Of a stretch of DNA of 64,000 bases, positions 37,068 through 48,163 are shown piece after piece. The DNA lies in the NCBI GenBank assembly GCA_963824985.1, contig CAWGRQ010000024.1:264822-328821 (forward strand), in the 5' to 3' direction. Numbering within the stretch: position 1 is the first letter of the stretch; each line of letters begins with the position of its first letter. The stretch is from Terriglobia bacterium. GTDB lineage: Bacteria > Acidobacteriota > UBA6911. Both the position numbers and the translations under genes were made by a program. The notes under the pieces were generated by a model, which saw only the letters and a program-made list of their open reading frames with translations, had not been told where the DNA came from and searched no databases.

Positions 37068-40000
37068 CTAGAAGATGAAGCGGATACCCAGCTGGGCCTG
37101 GAATGGAGACGAGGATTCGGTACCGTAAGTCCCACTCGCCGGTCCCAGGGTGGACATGTACTGGGTCGAAAGGACGTTTCCTGAGAAGTTCCGCCCGAAG
37201 TTAGTCCGGTTTGTGATGTTGAACGTTTCGAAGTAGAACCCCAGGCTCATCCCCTCACGGACCTTCGCCAAGCTGATGAATTTTGTGACGCGCAGATCCA
37301 TCACGAAAAACCGGCCCGACTGCCAGTTGCCGTCGAGGTCGTACCCGCCGTGCTGCCCGTTCCTGGTCACACCCTGCGGGCACGTCCGGCCATTGGGAGC
37401 AGTTGCTCCGGGAATGCAGAGATCATTGTTAGTCCCATCCTTGTTGGCATCGGCGCCGGCCGTCAGCGTATACGGCCTGGATGAGGCCAACTGCAGAATC
37501 GGGGCAACCTGGAATCCGTAAGGAATGTCAAACACACCGGACCAGACGAAGCGATGCCGCTCGTCACGGACGGTGGCCACATAGTCGTCCGGGGTCGAGG
37601 TAGTTCGTCTGGTTGTACGGGCGGTGCCGCCGAATTCGCCGGAACCACCTGCCATACCCGCGCGCCCGCGAAAGCGTGTACGAACTCTGGAAGGTGAGGT
37701 GGTGCGACAGGCGCTTGCGGACGCCTATGTTGAGTCCGTCGTAGCTCGATCGGTTGACCGATGCCGCGTTGTTACGTCGGCGAACCGGTTCGATGGCATG
37801 CCGCTGCCGCGAGAGCACGCTCGACCGGATGCGCGGGTTCGATCCATCCGCCTTCACGATCCTGTAGTTGAGCGCGGATCGTGCGGTTTTCGTGGGTGTT
37901 GAGCGACATGGGTGTAATCCGCCTTCCAGCACGAAGTCCTTGGCGAACTCCTTCGTGAATCCGATGTTGAACTGCTGGGCAATGGGCTCACATAATCGGG
38001 ATCAATCAGGCGGCCGTTGAGCCGGCCGGGAAGCTTGGTTCAGCCGGTGTCGGGATGGAGCGGGAGAGGGGTGGGTTGACCAACCCGAAAGTAGGCATGT
38101 CGCCCTTCCCGATGCGGCTGTTAGCCAAAGTCACGACATTTCCAAAGATGGTCGGGAAGCTCTGCTGCATCGCAAACAGGTTGATGTTGTTGAACAACTG
38201 ATCGTAGTACATTCCGTAGCCACCGCGGATGACCGTCTTGCCCTCCCCCGTCGGATCGAAAGCAAAGCCGATCCGTGGAGAGAAGTTGTTCAAGTCGTCA
38301 GTCGGCAGCCTTCCCTTGAAGCCGTTGGTTAGCGGATGGTTGAGCTTCTGTGATGATCGGGTATGTGCGGCCGTTATTGCAGAATCTTCCGGCCCCGACC
38401 AGGCCGAGATCGACGTCGTAGCGCACTCCCATGTTGATCGTCAGCTTTCGGCTGACTCTCCAGTCATCCTGGAAATAGCCGGCTGACGAAGTTGATCCAG
38501 TTCGGATACGTGTACCGGGAGTCACAAGCGGATGGCTCTCCGTAATGCCCGACACAATGCCCGGGGTTGTGAAGCCCTGGGGATATTTTGTCTTGTCGTT
38601 CAGGATGATCGGACGGGCTGTCGAAGAAGGAGACCAGGGGAACCGGATTGTAACCGAAGAACCCGCCCAGCCACGGCTCAGCGACCCAATCGACTCCGAA
38701 TCTGAACCCATGGCTTCCCCGATTCCAGCTTGACGGAGTCCTTGATCTGCCACTTTCTTCTGGAACGTTTGCTGCGGTACGTTGCCCGTTTGTCCCGTAG
38801 CCCACTGAGGCGAACGCTCACCGTCACCGGCGAGTAATTATCGGTGTCGATCAGGTTATTCCAGTAGGAGGATCCCCACACGAACTGGTTGACGATTTTG
38901 GGGCCCAAAGTTGAACTCAGCACCGCCGACATCAGGTAATTTCGGTTTGTGTTGTAGTTGATGCTGGTCAGGTCCGTTGGCGCCTGGTCGTTTTCGTTGC
39001 GATCCGAACTGTTGTTCCAGGTCAAGTAGGCGTTGTTATTGGTGTTGATCATCCAATCTGCCGTGCCGTCCACATGGTGCGTTTGTAGGGCTGGGGCAGT
39101 TGCTCGGCCGGACTCGGCGTGGCGCCATAGATGCTGATCTTGGCGTCCGCGAGCAGCCTGCAGCTCGGCGACGGTGTTCGGAGGGAATGATGGTGAATGT
39201 GCTTTCCTGCATGCGCTCAATGATGAAGAAGAAGAAGGCTTTCTCCTTCTTGATCGGACCGCCAATGGAACCGCCATACTGCCAGCGCCGGAAGGGCGGG
39301 CTTATCCTTGCTGCTGCTTCTTGGACCAATAGTCGTTGGCATTGAAGATCTTGTCGCGGTTGAATGTGAACCAGCTACCATGGAAGTCGTTTGATCCGGA
39401 CTTGGTCACGATCGAAAGCAGGCCGCCCTGAGAGCGGCCGTCGGCGGCGGAGAACCGCTGGGTTTTCAGCGCGAATTCCTGCACTCCATCCAGCGAGACG
39501 TTCTGCACCCAGCCGCCGACTGAGTTGTCTTTGTTTTCGATGCCGTCCACGGTGGTTTCCATGTTGCGGCCACCGGCGCCGCCTACCGAAATCGCGCCAA
39601 TGCGGGTCTTGGTCGGGTCCCAGGAAGTCACCGGCCGCGCGCCCGGAAGCAACATTGCCAGAGCGGAAAAATTCCGGGAATTGAGCGGCAAATTGACGAC
39701 TTCGCGGCTTTCAATGACGCCGCCGACGTCTGTCTTAGTAGTCTCGACGAGCGGTGCGATTTCAGAGACGATCACGGTCGTCTGAGTCCCCGCCGGCTGG
39801 AGCACCACGTTGACATCGGTCGTCCGGCCCACGTTTACGATCACGCTCTTTACTTCATAGGCGCCAAAGCCGGCCAGCTCGGCTTTGAAGGAATAGGTCC
39901 CGGGTGTCAGGCCCGGAAAGCGGAATGACCCACTGCCTTCCGAAACCACGACCGACTCGAACCCTGTCGCTGTGTTCTTGATGGTTATGGTCACACCGGG

Positions 40001-40129
40001 AACAACCGCCGCCGATTTATCGGTAACCGTTCCCTGAATCTGCCCTTTTTCGCCGCCCTGACTGAACAGCATCGGGATCGCGATCAGAAAGGCGAGCAAA
40101 ACGAAAACTACAAAACGAGGATTGAACAT
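37068..40129 (-). pseudogene. TonB-dependent receptor with N-terminal carboxypeptidase-regulatory-like domain, shattered into at least 7 frame segments
   Basis: N-terminus (39302-40129): signal peptide, CarbopepD_reg-like GTVTDKSAAVVPGVTITIKNTATGFE, plug (NLPLNSRNFSALAMLLPG). C-terminus (37068-37655) ends QAQLGIRFIF (terminal aromatic beta-strand). Internal pieces lie in ORFs 37564, 38006, 38298, 38464, 38678 and 39036. Confidence 0.6.
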
Positions 40130-40479
40130 TCAAAACCCCCTGAGAACAAATGTGCAATTCGTTGAATGCACCAGAGGCTGGGATTGGAGCGCGCCCAGCC
40201 TCCACAGCGGCCTCTGCAGCTGCAAAAGCAACCTGAGACTTGAAAAAAGCCCACGACGTTTGCTCTTTTCCCGCAGGGAACCATCCTGAAACCGGATGTT
40301 GTGTCGAACCCGCGCTCAGGGATGGCCGCGAGCGTAAACGACATTCCGATGCCGGAATACGACGGAAATCCGCATGCGCGTCGTTCTGCCTGGTGCGCCA
40401 TACACCAAGGCCCGCGACTCGGGTGATTGCCTCCGTCGGATCCTCTGATCCAAGTAATTTGGTGTTATTTCAGATTGTG

Positions 40480-40791
40480 CTATCCTAAATACAATCGGAG
40501 GTATTGGCAAGCGGATTTAATCAACTGCCCCAAAATTTTTAAACCATGGGGACAGTCACCACAATTCCCCAAATGTTGGAAATGAAACGGCCCGCGAGCT
40601 TCCACTTTGGGTGAAGTGACTGTGATTGTCGCAAGCTCCTCCAGGCTTATGGCTGAAAGCGCGGTGAGGTCCAGATCTTCGGAGAAGCGCAACTGCGGAA
40701 GGTGCGTATGGTGAAGCACCGTCCCTCCTTTGAAAACAAGGCTATCTTTAAGCGAAGATTCGTAGATTATCTTCGAGGAAAACGTGGGCAC
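40480..40791 (-). pseudogene. AbiEii/AbiGii-family nucleotidyltransferase toxin, N-terminal fragment only
   Basis: LVFKGGTVLHHTHLPQLRFSEDLDLT matches the AbiEii N-terminal motif (KGGTAL...RFSEDLDF). The ORF ends after roughly 100 aa, versus about 270 aa expected. Confidence 0.45.
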
Positions 40792-40983
40792 CCACCGTTT
40801 TGTGCATCCTTGCTGGCGTCCATATCGTTTTCACAGCAGCCTGCTTGTATCGGCCGGCCGCAATCCGTTCCTGAACCTGAATCATAAGGTCCGCCCTGAT
40901 CTTAAGGTGCTCCGCTTCTTCCACATCAAAGCCGAGGTCACAGAAGACATTGCGGCTGGATCGGGTAATCTTGAGACTCATGA
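40748..40983 (-). CDS. XRE-family HTH protein (HigA-like antitoxin-type)
   Basis: MSLKITRSSRNVFCDLGFDVEEAEHLKIRADLMIQVQ matches short antitoxin HTH proteins (NVFxDLGF...EEA.NLKIRADLM). Overlaps the AbiEii fragment. Confidence 0.45.
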
Positions 40984-41091
40984 TTTGCCTGCTTTCATCG
41001 GGCGGTGGTCGCCCGTTTTCTTGCCAGCAGCGCCGAGAGACGCTCCCTGCGTCGGTCCGAACCACGCCAATATTATAGCCAGGGCCCGGAT

Positions 41092-41490
41092 TTACCAGAG
41101 GGTTTGAACGTGGGAATAATTGCGGATGGCCTTATCCTTCGTTATCAGTAAGCCGCCATGATGCCGGACCGTGGCCACGATGATCTGGTCGGCAGGATCT
41201 CCGTGGAAGGGCCTGGGCAATTCGCAGCTTTCCAGCAAGATTTCATTGGTGATCTCGGCGATCAACAATCCTTCGACCTCCAAGGCCTGCCTCACCCATT
41301 GGCGCAACGGGCGATCAAACACCAACTGTCCCTTTTCCGCCTTTTTTGCCAGTTCCCAGATGGAAATGGCCGACAGCCAGACGGCATCTTGTTCCACGGC
41401 TTGTCGGATCGCGCTGAGGGCGCGAGACGACAGCCTGCGATCCCGTGTCACCCACCATATCCAGGCATGGGTATCAAGGAAGATCCGCAT
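41092..41490 (-). CDS. vapC: VapC-type PIN-domain toxin
   Basis: MRIFLDTHAWIWW...acidic PIN residues. 132 aa. Start overlaps the antitoxin stop by 17 nt. Confidence 0.8.
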   Translation of the reverse strand: MRIFLDTHAWIWWVTRDRRLSSRALSAIRQAVEQDAVWLSAISIWELAKKAEKGQLVFDRPLRQWVRQALEVEGLLIAEITNEILLESCELPRPFHGDPADQIIVATVRHHGGLLITKDKAIRNYSHVQTLW

Positions 41491-41701
41491 CCCATCTCTC
41501 TCCGGTCCGAAAAGGATCTCCCCGCTCTTTCAGAATGCTCCCCTCGAGGCTCGCATTGCGGTCGTCTCCGGACGCGTACGGCACCACCTTGACAATCGGC
41601 TTTTTGCGCTTGCTCACGATGATCGGGGTTTTGGTGCGTGCGACCGTGTCCATGATCTTGAGACATTGGTCTTTGAATTTGCCGGCGCTGATATCTTTCA
41701 T
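41474..41701 (-). CDS. Phd/YefM-family antitoxin
   Basis: 75 aa. Pattern SAGKFKDQCLKIMDTVARTKTPIIVSKRKKPIVKVVPY matches Phd/YefM (SATE.K..FSELLD.V..GE.VVITRRGKPVA.LVP). Confidence 0.7.
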   Translation of the reverse strand: MKDISAGKFKDQCLKIMDTVARTKTPIIVSKRKKPIVKVVPYASGDDRNASLEGSILKERGDPFRTGERWDADLP

Positions 41702-41715
41702 GTATTAAATATAGC

Positions 41716-41733
41716 CATGGCCATGTGGCCATG
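41716..41733. promoter_or_regulatory. Perfect palindrome CATGGCCA-TG-TGGCCATG in the Phd-VapC promoter (candidate autoregulatory operator)
   Basis: 8-bp arms with a 2-bp spacer, 15 nt upstream of the antitoxin start. AT-rich tattaaat adjacent. Confidence 0.4.
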
Positions 41734-41751
41734 TCAATGCAGGAAAGGGCG

Positions 41752-41793
41752 CCTGGTTATAGTGTCCCCGCGTTCAGGGACAGCATAACCAGG
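41752..41793. repeat. IR-bounded small repeat element, copy 2 (CCTGGTTATAGTGTCCCC...GGGACAGCATAACCAGG)
   Basis: Same termini as 30097-30147 and 59663-59742, with 2 mismatches. Confidence 0.55.
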
Positions 41794-41848
41794 CACGCAT
41801 CGCTACTTCAAGGTCACGTTCAGATACACCGAATATCGCCCGTACGTT

Positions 41849-44800
41849 TCATAGAACGGCTTGAAGGCAACGTCCGCCGATTTTGAAACGAAGGGTGCCG
41901 GGATCGCCCGTGATGGATTTCCCGATGTCGCCGGCGTCGAGCGTCACGGGGCGCCAGTCGGTTCGGGGCGCGGACTCTTCGGCAGCCAACAAAACCGGAC
42001 CGTAGAATATGCTGGCGACATTGGGCTGATCCATGACCGGATCCAGATAAAAGTGGAACGGCATCCGGAGTTCGATCGTATCGTTGTCCCGCCAGGTTCT
42101 GCGGAGCGTCAGATAGGTGCCCGGCACGGCTTTGACCGATTGCTCCCGGCCGTTGATCTTGACGAAGAAGCCGCGGGTCGCCCAGCGCGGCACGCGGACC
42201 TTGATGTCGAACTGGCCGCTGCCCTTGAGGACGATCTGGGTCGTATCGGCGTACGGGAAATCGGTGCGCTGCTTCACGACCAGATTGCGCTCGGTCCAGT
42301 TCAGCGTGGATGGAACGAAGAGGTTGACGTAGAGCGTTTTGTCGTCGGCGCCCTTGAAGTAAATGGAATCCTGGAGCTTGGTGCTGCTTTCGAGCGCGGT
42401 GCCGTTGCAGCAGGTGAAACCGCTCATGTTGGCGTTGCCGAAATTGTTTCTGCGAGCCGGGATTGAGCGGGATATGGTAGGTGTTTCCCGCATTGTCCTC
42501 GGCGACGGAAGCGAGAATCTGGTTGTACAGCCCCTGCTCGTAGTGGTCCATGTATTTGGCGGTCTGATCGAACATGAAGAGCTGGCGGTCCAGCTTCAGG
42601 AGATTGTAGGTGCAACAGGTTTCGCACTGCCCGCCGCTGGCGAACCCGTTCTCGAAAAGCGTGTCGGGCTCGGCGGTGAAGCATTCGGCGTTGTTCGGAA
42701 CGCGGGCGCCGGCGACGCCGCCGATGCTGTACATGTAACTGTTGGTCACGATATTCCAGAAATTGTCGGCGATCCGGTAGTAGGGGAATTCTCGCGTGTC
42801 GCGGAAGGTTTCCAGCGCTCCCGTGATCTGCGGGATGTGCATGTTGGCGTGCTTGCCGCGAATCGTATCGACATTCTTGGCCAGGCCGTGATCGTGCTCG
42901 GCGTTGCCGTAGAAGAAATTGATGTTGTCGAACAGCTTGGCGCATTCGAGGAACTGCTGATCTTTGGTGAGCCGGGAGAGGCGCGCCAGGACTTCGTTCA
43001 TGCCGCCGTACTCGCCGGCGATATAACGGTTCCACATGCTGATGCGCGTTTCCGCCGGAAGCGCCTTGAGCCGGGCATAGGCCCAGGATCCCATGTTCCT
43101 GGCGATCTCCAGGGCCTTCTGGTTGCCGCCGACCTCGTAGCAATCGAGCAGGCCGGCGAGGATCTTGTGCAGGGTGTAGTAAGGGGCCCAGATCTGGCGT
43201 GTTCTGGGCGCCGTACGTGGCGCCCTGCTCGAGCATGATGAACTGGTCGGGAGGGTAGGCGCTGATGAATCCCCTGCCCCAGTTCCAGTAATCGGTCCGG
43301 ATGGCATCGGCCCGGAGATTGGAATCGTAGCCGGTACGGCCGGGGCCGGGCGGGACGGCGGTCGGATCGGCATTGAACTCGCCGCCCTCCTTCGCGGGCC
43401 TGCCGGATTTCTGGGAGAGATCGTAAAGGGTATCGATGAGGTAGTTCATCTTCTGGAGGAAATTCGCCCGCAACGTTTCATCGTAGGTCGTGCCGGCGTA
43501 GGCCTGGGCGATGGCGGACAGATAGTGACCGGTGGCGTGGCCGCGCAAGGCGGGTCGTCTGGTTGTCCCATCCACCCAGCGGCTTGACGCCTTCGGGCTG
43601 CTTCTGGCCGAACGCGTCCCTGAAATTGTACAGGAAGTTGTCGGGATTGGTTGTCGCCAGGGTGCGGATGAACTTATCGCGGTTCTTGATGAATTGCGTG
43701 TCGCGCCGCTTGGTGTCCTGCTCCAAAACGACCTGGCCGAGCGGGAACGACTCGACCAGGCGCTCGGGAACGGGCGCGGCTTTCGCGGCCGCTTTCACGG
43801 TCACCGTGGCTTTGGGTTGGAATGGAGTGCCGGGCACCTTGCCGGTCACGGTGTAAATGCCCGGCTTCAGGACCTCGCTATTGTCTTTGGGCGACGGCCA
43901 GACCACGCGGACATCCGGGCCCTTGGCTTTGTTGCGGTACACGGCGGGGATGTTATACGGCAGCCGGGGGAGCTGGCCAATGATCGTCTCGGCCTTGACA
44001 TCGGGTACTGATTCCAATGGGATCGCGGTGGGCAGCACGATTATCCTTCGGGGCCGCAATAACCGGGGGGGCTGGTCTGTTTCCACGGCCCTGACCGCCA
44101 CCGGCACCGGCGGCCTGAGGGCCCGATAAGGCGTTGTTGCGAATCGTGGCCACCTGCTGGTCGCTCAGCGCGATGCGGTAGATGCGGACATCGCGCACTC
44201 TGGCATTGAGGGTGGCATCGGCGTCATTCTGCGAGCGGCCGATGTAGAGGCGGTTCGCATCCGTGGAGGTCTGGTTGAATACATGCGCCGCGTTCACGGT
44301 GACGTTCGTAGCCTGGCCGACCCTGGCGCCGTTGAGATAGCTGGTCAGGGTGCGATTGGGCGGATCCAGCACGACGGCGACGTGGACCCACTGATTCTGC
44401 GGGAATCGTCGCGCCCGTTTGTTCCAACACGCGCTGCAGCGCCGGAGCCGATATAAGCGCGGAAGCCCGCGTCGGGACCGGATTCAGTCAGGACGGCAGA
44501 GAGACTGTTGGAGGCGTTCTGACCGAAATCGAAGAACCGCTGTCCGGTCACATCGGAATTAAGTAAAATCCAGCCCGTGACGCTGATCGTGTCTTCGCCA
44601 GTCAGGGCCTTGCCTGGGAGTTGGACATGGCTGCCATCGCCCGGCAGGTTCAGGACGTTACCGAACCGGCTGTCCTGGACAAAAGCCGCCCCAGACCCAC
44701 GCAGCGTCGCATGCAAGGTGTTCCTCGACCTGTCCTCCGCGTTGCCGTTAAATATATAACGGGCTATGAGGGCGGTTTCGCCGATCCCATCAAGAAACTG

Positions 44801-44901
44801 GTCGCCTCCTCCGACGTTTTGAGCCATCTCTCGCTCCGTAAACGCCGGCGAAACAGTGACTATCGTCAAGACTAAAATAAGGAAGATCCGCATTTTTGTC
44901 A
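41849..44901 (-). pseudogene. Secreted LamG(concanavalin-like)-GH127 (DUF1680, beta-L-arabinofuranosidase-like) glycoside hydrolase, at least 4 frameshifts
   Basis: Signal peptide MTKMRIFLILVLTIV. LamG segment (VRDVRIYRIALSDQQV). GH127 blocks RGHATGHYLSA, HANMHIP, Cys-rich GQCETCCTYNLLKL. Pieces lie in ORFs 44345, 43953, 43478, 42424, 41820 and 41849. Confidence 0.55.
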
Positions 44902-45106
44902 TTATGATTGACCCCGTGATGCATGAAATCGTGAAACACTGAATTTCCGTTCCCAACGGTGCGGGCGGGATCGGGTTTGGAGGGCTCCGCGACGCATCGT
45001 CAGCCAAACTTCGTAACACATAGAGAAAGTAAAAACCAGTCTAAATGGAGGAGTGCGGCCTTTTCTCCATGAATAATCCAGGATCCCGGTGCCGCGCGCC
45101 GGCCAT

Positions 45107-47266
45107 TCAGCGTGATCTGGCAAGTGCATCGGCGATCTTTATCACCGGGGCGGGGTTCGGCACCACATAAGTGTACTTTTTCCCTGAAGTCAGAATGACG
45201 TCGAGGCGGTCTTTCCTGATCGTGAAGGTCCGCACCGTTTCCAGGCCGGCCCGCAGGGCATGATCCTGCTGCCTGGCGGGAGAAAAGCTGATTTCCGTAT
45301 CGGTAATGGTCAACGTGCCCTCACAGCCCGAGCCGATAAAATGATCGTGCCTGACGGGCGCGCTGTAGGGCGTGATTCCGGCCAGGCTCAAGCGTAGCTT
45401 CATTCCGGCGGCGAGAGATTTCAACGCGTCGGCACCGAATTCGCTGTTCCCGCCAAGCTCTATGGCCCTTTCCATCGACTTCATGGCTGCGGCCAGGTTG
45501 CGGCGTTTCTGCTGGGCAAATCCCAGCTGAATAAAATAGGTCGGATTTTTGGGCGCCAGTTCGCAGGCCCTGGAGAGGTTCTCTATGGCCTTGTCGAGGT
45601 TCTGCTGAGCATCATAGGAACGTCCCAGGTGGTAGAAGGCGCCGGCATTCTGTGGGTCCAGCTGCACGACCCGGCCATACTGCCGGATCGCTTCGCGGGA
45701 ATCGCCCGTTTGAAATGCTTTTTCTCCCGCCTTTTGAGCATTTACCAATTCGGCAGCCATCCTGCCTTTCGCCAACCGGGACTGCGCGGCATCCCTCCTG
45801 GCCTGAATTTCAGGGTCGCCCGGGAAATACTCCAGCAGCGTATCATAAGCATTGATAGATTCCTCGGGCCGCCCCTTTTGTGCGCTGTCATCCGCCCGCA
45901 GCATAAGCGCGGCGCGGATATCAGCCTTCAGATTGCCGGCCTCTGCGTTTGCGGGATTTTCCGCCAAAGCGGCATTTGCGAAGTGCAGGGCATCCTTCCC
46001 CTCAGCACCCACAAGCGATCCCCGGCTCATGGCTGCGCGGGCGAGGGCGAGCAGGTCAGGCCTCTGGGCAGGAGAGGGAGGCAAAGTGAGGGGCACGGCG
46101 GCCGGAGCAGCAGGTGCCTGGGATCCGCTCCGCAGCCAGTAAACTATCGCCAGCCCAAGCACGACAATGGCCCCCGCACCGATGATCCAAAGAGCTTTGC
46201 CGCGCCCGCCTGCCGCAGGCTGTCGATTGGCCGATGCCGAATGTGTTTGAATCTCGGCCTCTTCAGAGGGGGGAGCCGCAGCCGCAGGGATAATTGTCCC
46301 ATTGGCCGCGGGAGTCATCGCTGGCACACGAACAGGAGCACTGGTCGGCCACGAAGCGGCGACACCTCCGGTATTAAACAGCGTCGCGGTATCCGTCGCT
46401 GAGGAGCTCCCCTCCCCTGCCGCGCCCGCTTCACGGCCACGCAGCAGACTCTCCAAATCGCGCCCCAGTTCGGCACAGTTCTGATACCGGAGTTCCGGAT
46501 CCTTGGCCAGAGCTTTGTCCAGAACAGCGTCAAAATCGGGGAGCAGGCCGGGCTTCCGGACCAGAACGGATGCATGCCGGTCCTGGACGATCTTGAAAAT
46601 GATGGTAGTCGGATTTTCTCCGGTAAAGGGTCGTTCGCCCGTCAGGGATTCATAAAGAACCACGCCCAGCGAGAAAATGTCCGAGCGGTGATCGACGGAC
46701 TTGCCCATGATCTGTTCAGGTGACATGTAACTCGGCGTACCCAGGATCATGCCCGTCTGAGTGAGATTCGAGGCGGTCAGTTTGGCGATGCCAAAGTCCA
46801 CGACCTTGACCCGGTCGTCCCGGGTGATCATGATGTTGCCTGGTTTGATATCGCGATGCACGATGCCGCACTGGTGCGCATAGTGCAACGCGCCGCACAG
46901 CTGAATGAAGATCTTCAGAACCTGATCCTGAGGAAGAGCGGGAGGCTTCGCAATGATGCTTTCAAGATTGATCCCATCGACAAATTCCATGGCGATATAA
47001 GGATCACCCTCTTCGTCGCCTCCCACGTCGTAGATCACAGCAATGTTGGGATGCGACAGGCGCCCGGCCGCCTGAGCCTCGCGCATGAATCGGGCGAAAA
47101 ACTCTGCCCGCACCTTCTCGGGGATGTCCGGAATCGAACGGATCTTCTTGATGGCTACGATGCGATCGATCTTGGGATCGCGCGCCCTATAGGCAACACT
47201 CTGCCCACCCTGCCCGATCACTTCGAGAATCTCGTAACGACCAACCTTTTCGTCTGGCATCGGCAT
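45107..47266 (-). CDS. Ser/Thr protein kinase with TM helix and C-terminal TPR repeats
   Basis: GQGGQSVAYRA, VAIK, HRDIKPGNIMI, DFGIAK, GTPSYMSPEQ. TM ALWIIGAGAIVVLGLAIVYWL. TPR region (AYDTLLEYFPGDPEIQ...). Confidence 0.8.
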   Translation of the reverse strand: MPMPDEKVGRYEILEVIGQGGQSVAYRARDPKIDRIVAIKKIRSIPDIPEKVRAEFFARFMREAQAAGRLSHPNIAVIYDVGGDEEGDPYIAMEFVDGINLESIIAKPPALPQDQVLKIFIQLCGALHYAHQCGIVHRDIKPGNIMITRDDRVKVVDFGIAKLTASNLTQTGMILGTPSYMSPEQIMGKSVDHRSDIFSLGVVLYESLTGERPFTGENPTTIIFKIVQDRHASVLVRKPGLLPDFDAVLDKALAKDPELRYQNCAELGRDLESLLRGREAGAAGEGSSSATDTATLFNTGGVAASWPTSAPVRVPAMTPAANGTIIPAAAAPPSEEAEIQTHSASANRQPAAGGRGKALWIIGAGAIVVLGLAIVYWLRSGSQAPAAPAAVPLTLPPSPAQRPDLLALARAAMSRGSLVGAEGKDALHFANAALAENPANAEAGNLKADIRAALMLRADDSAQKGRPEESINAYDTLLEYFPGDPEIQARRDAAQSRLAKGRMAAELVNAQKAGEKAFQTGDSREAIRQYGRVVQLDPQNAGAFYHLGRSYDAQQNLDKAIENLSRACELAPKNPTYFIQLGFAQQKRRNLAAAMKSMERAIELGGNSEFGADALKSLAAGMKLRLSLAGITPYSAPVRHDHFIGSGCEGTLTITDTEISFSPARQQDHALRAGLETVRTFTIRKDRLDVILTSGKKYTYVVPNPAPVIKIADALARSR

Positions 47267-47314
47267 TCATTTTTGCACGGATTTCGCGGATGTTCATCAA
47301 CAAAGGACAGGCTC

Positions 47315-48058
47315 CTAAGTCTGATTCTTGCAGTCCAGATGTTGCTGCAGGTTTCGAAGACGCAGGCTGGTATCAGCCAGGGCCCGTTCAAGTTGCGCGA
47401 CGAGGCCGCGCAGGCGCGCGATCTCCTTTTGGTCGGGATTCTCCGCGATCTCGGCCGACGTTCCGGTAGCCGTGGCGGATCGATGCTGCTGGATTTCATG
47501 GCGCAGATGTTGATTCTCAGCCTTCAGCTGTTCGATTTTCTGGGTCAGAGCCTGAATTGCGACGCCCCCGGCCAGGGTAGCCGGTTCAACATGGCTTGCG
47601 GTCTGCTTCCCGGGCAGCCCGCCCGGCGCCGGGAAGGCTCCGTCCAATCCCCCGGTTGGCGTGCCATCCGGAACCCGCAAATCCGATCCTGCCAGGGGAT
47701 CCCGGGCCAGCCGCGCAGGTCCGGAGCTTGAGGCCTGGCTGCGGAATACCGCGGCGGCATCACCGAAGCGGATCGAGTCCTGGTTGGCCAGCATTTGCAG
47801 CGTGACCTTCTTCCCATTCACACTCGTCCCGTTGGCGCTCCCCAGATCCTTGATCCAGTAATGACCACCTTCAAAGAAGATGCGCGCGTGATGGCGGGAG
47901 ACCGACCTCAGGTTCAGGACAACGTGGCTTTCGGCCGAACGCCCGATCGTGGCCACCTGGCCGAGGACAAATTTACCCATGCCCTCAACTTCCAGTTCGG
48001 CGGAAGCCGAGAAGGCAACCCTTTTGCCCTGTCCCGGGTCGGGAAATTGAGGAACCAT
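47315..48058 (-). CDS. FHA-domain protein with C-terminal coiled coil
   Basis: FHA core GRSAESHVVLNLRSVSRHHARIFFEGGHYWIKDLGSANGTSVNGKKV. Heptad-like C-terminus (IEQLKAENQHLRHEIQQ). Immediately upstream of the kinase, same strand. Confidence 0.7.
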   Translation of the reverse strand: MVPQFPDPGQGKRVAFSASAELEVEGMGKFVLGQVATIGRSAESHVVLNLRSVSRHHARIFFEGGHYWIKDLGSANGTSVNGKKVTLQMLANQDSIRFGDAAAVFRSQASSSGPARLARDPLAGSDLRVPDGTPTGGLDGAFPAPGGLPGKQTASHVEPATLAGGVAIQALTQKIEQLKAENQHLRHEIQQHRSATATGTSAEIAENPDQKEIARLRGLVAQLERALADTSLRLRNLQQHLDCKNQT

Positions 48059-48163
48059 ATTGCTCTATTATAGCATAAAAAAGGGGTTTTGCGTCCCCAT
48101 GAGCCTGCCCCCAGATCCAAAATTGGTTTTCTTTGATCGCCGCATTCGCTATCATTCAGGCCA

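Noticed and set aside
40546-40560. catggggacagtca as a fourth copy of the IR-element family
   Set aside because: Only an 11-nt half-site match with no inverted partner.
41820-43373. 517-aa single ORF as an intact gene
   Set aside because: Only its middle third is in the true GH127 frame. The ends are out-of-frame read-through of a frameshifted gene.
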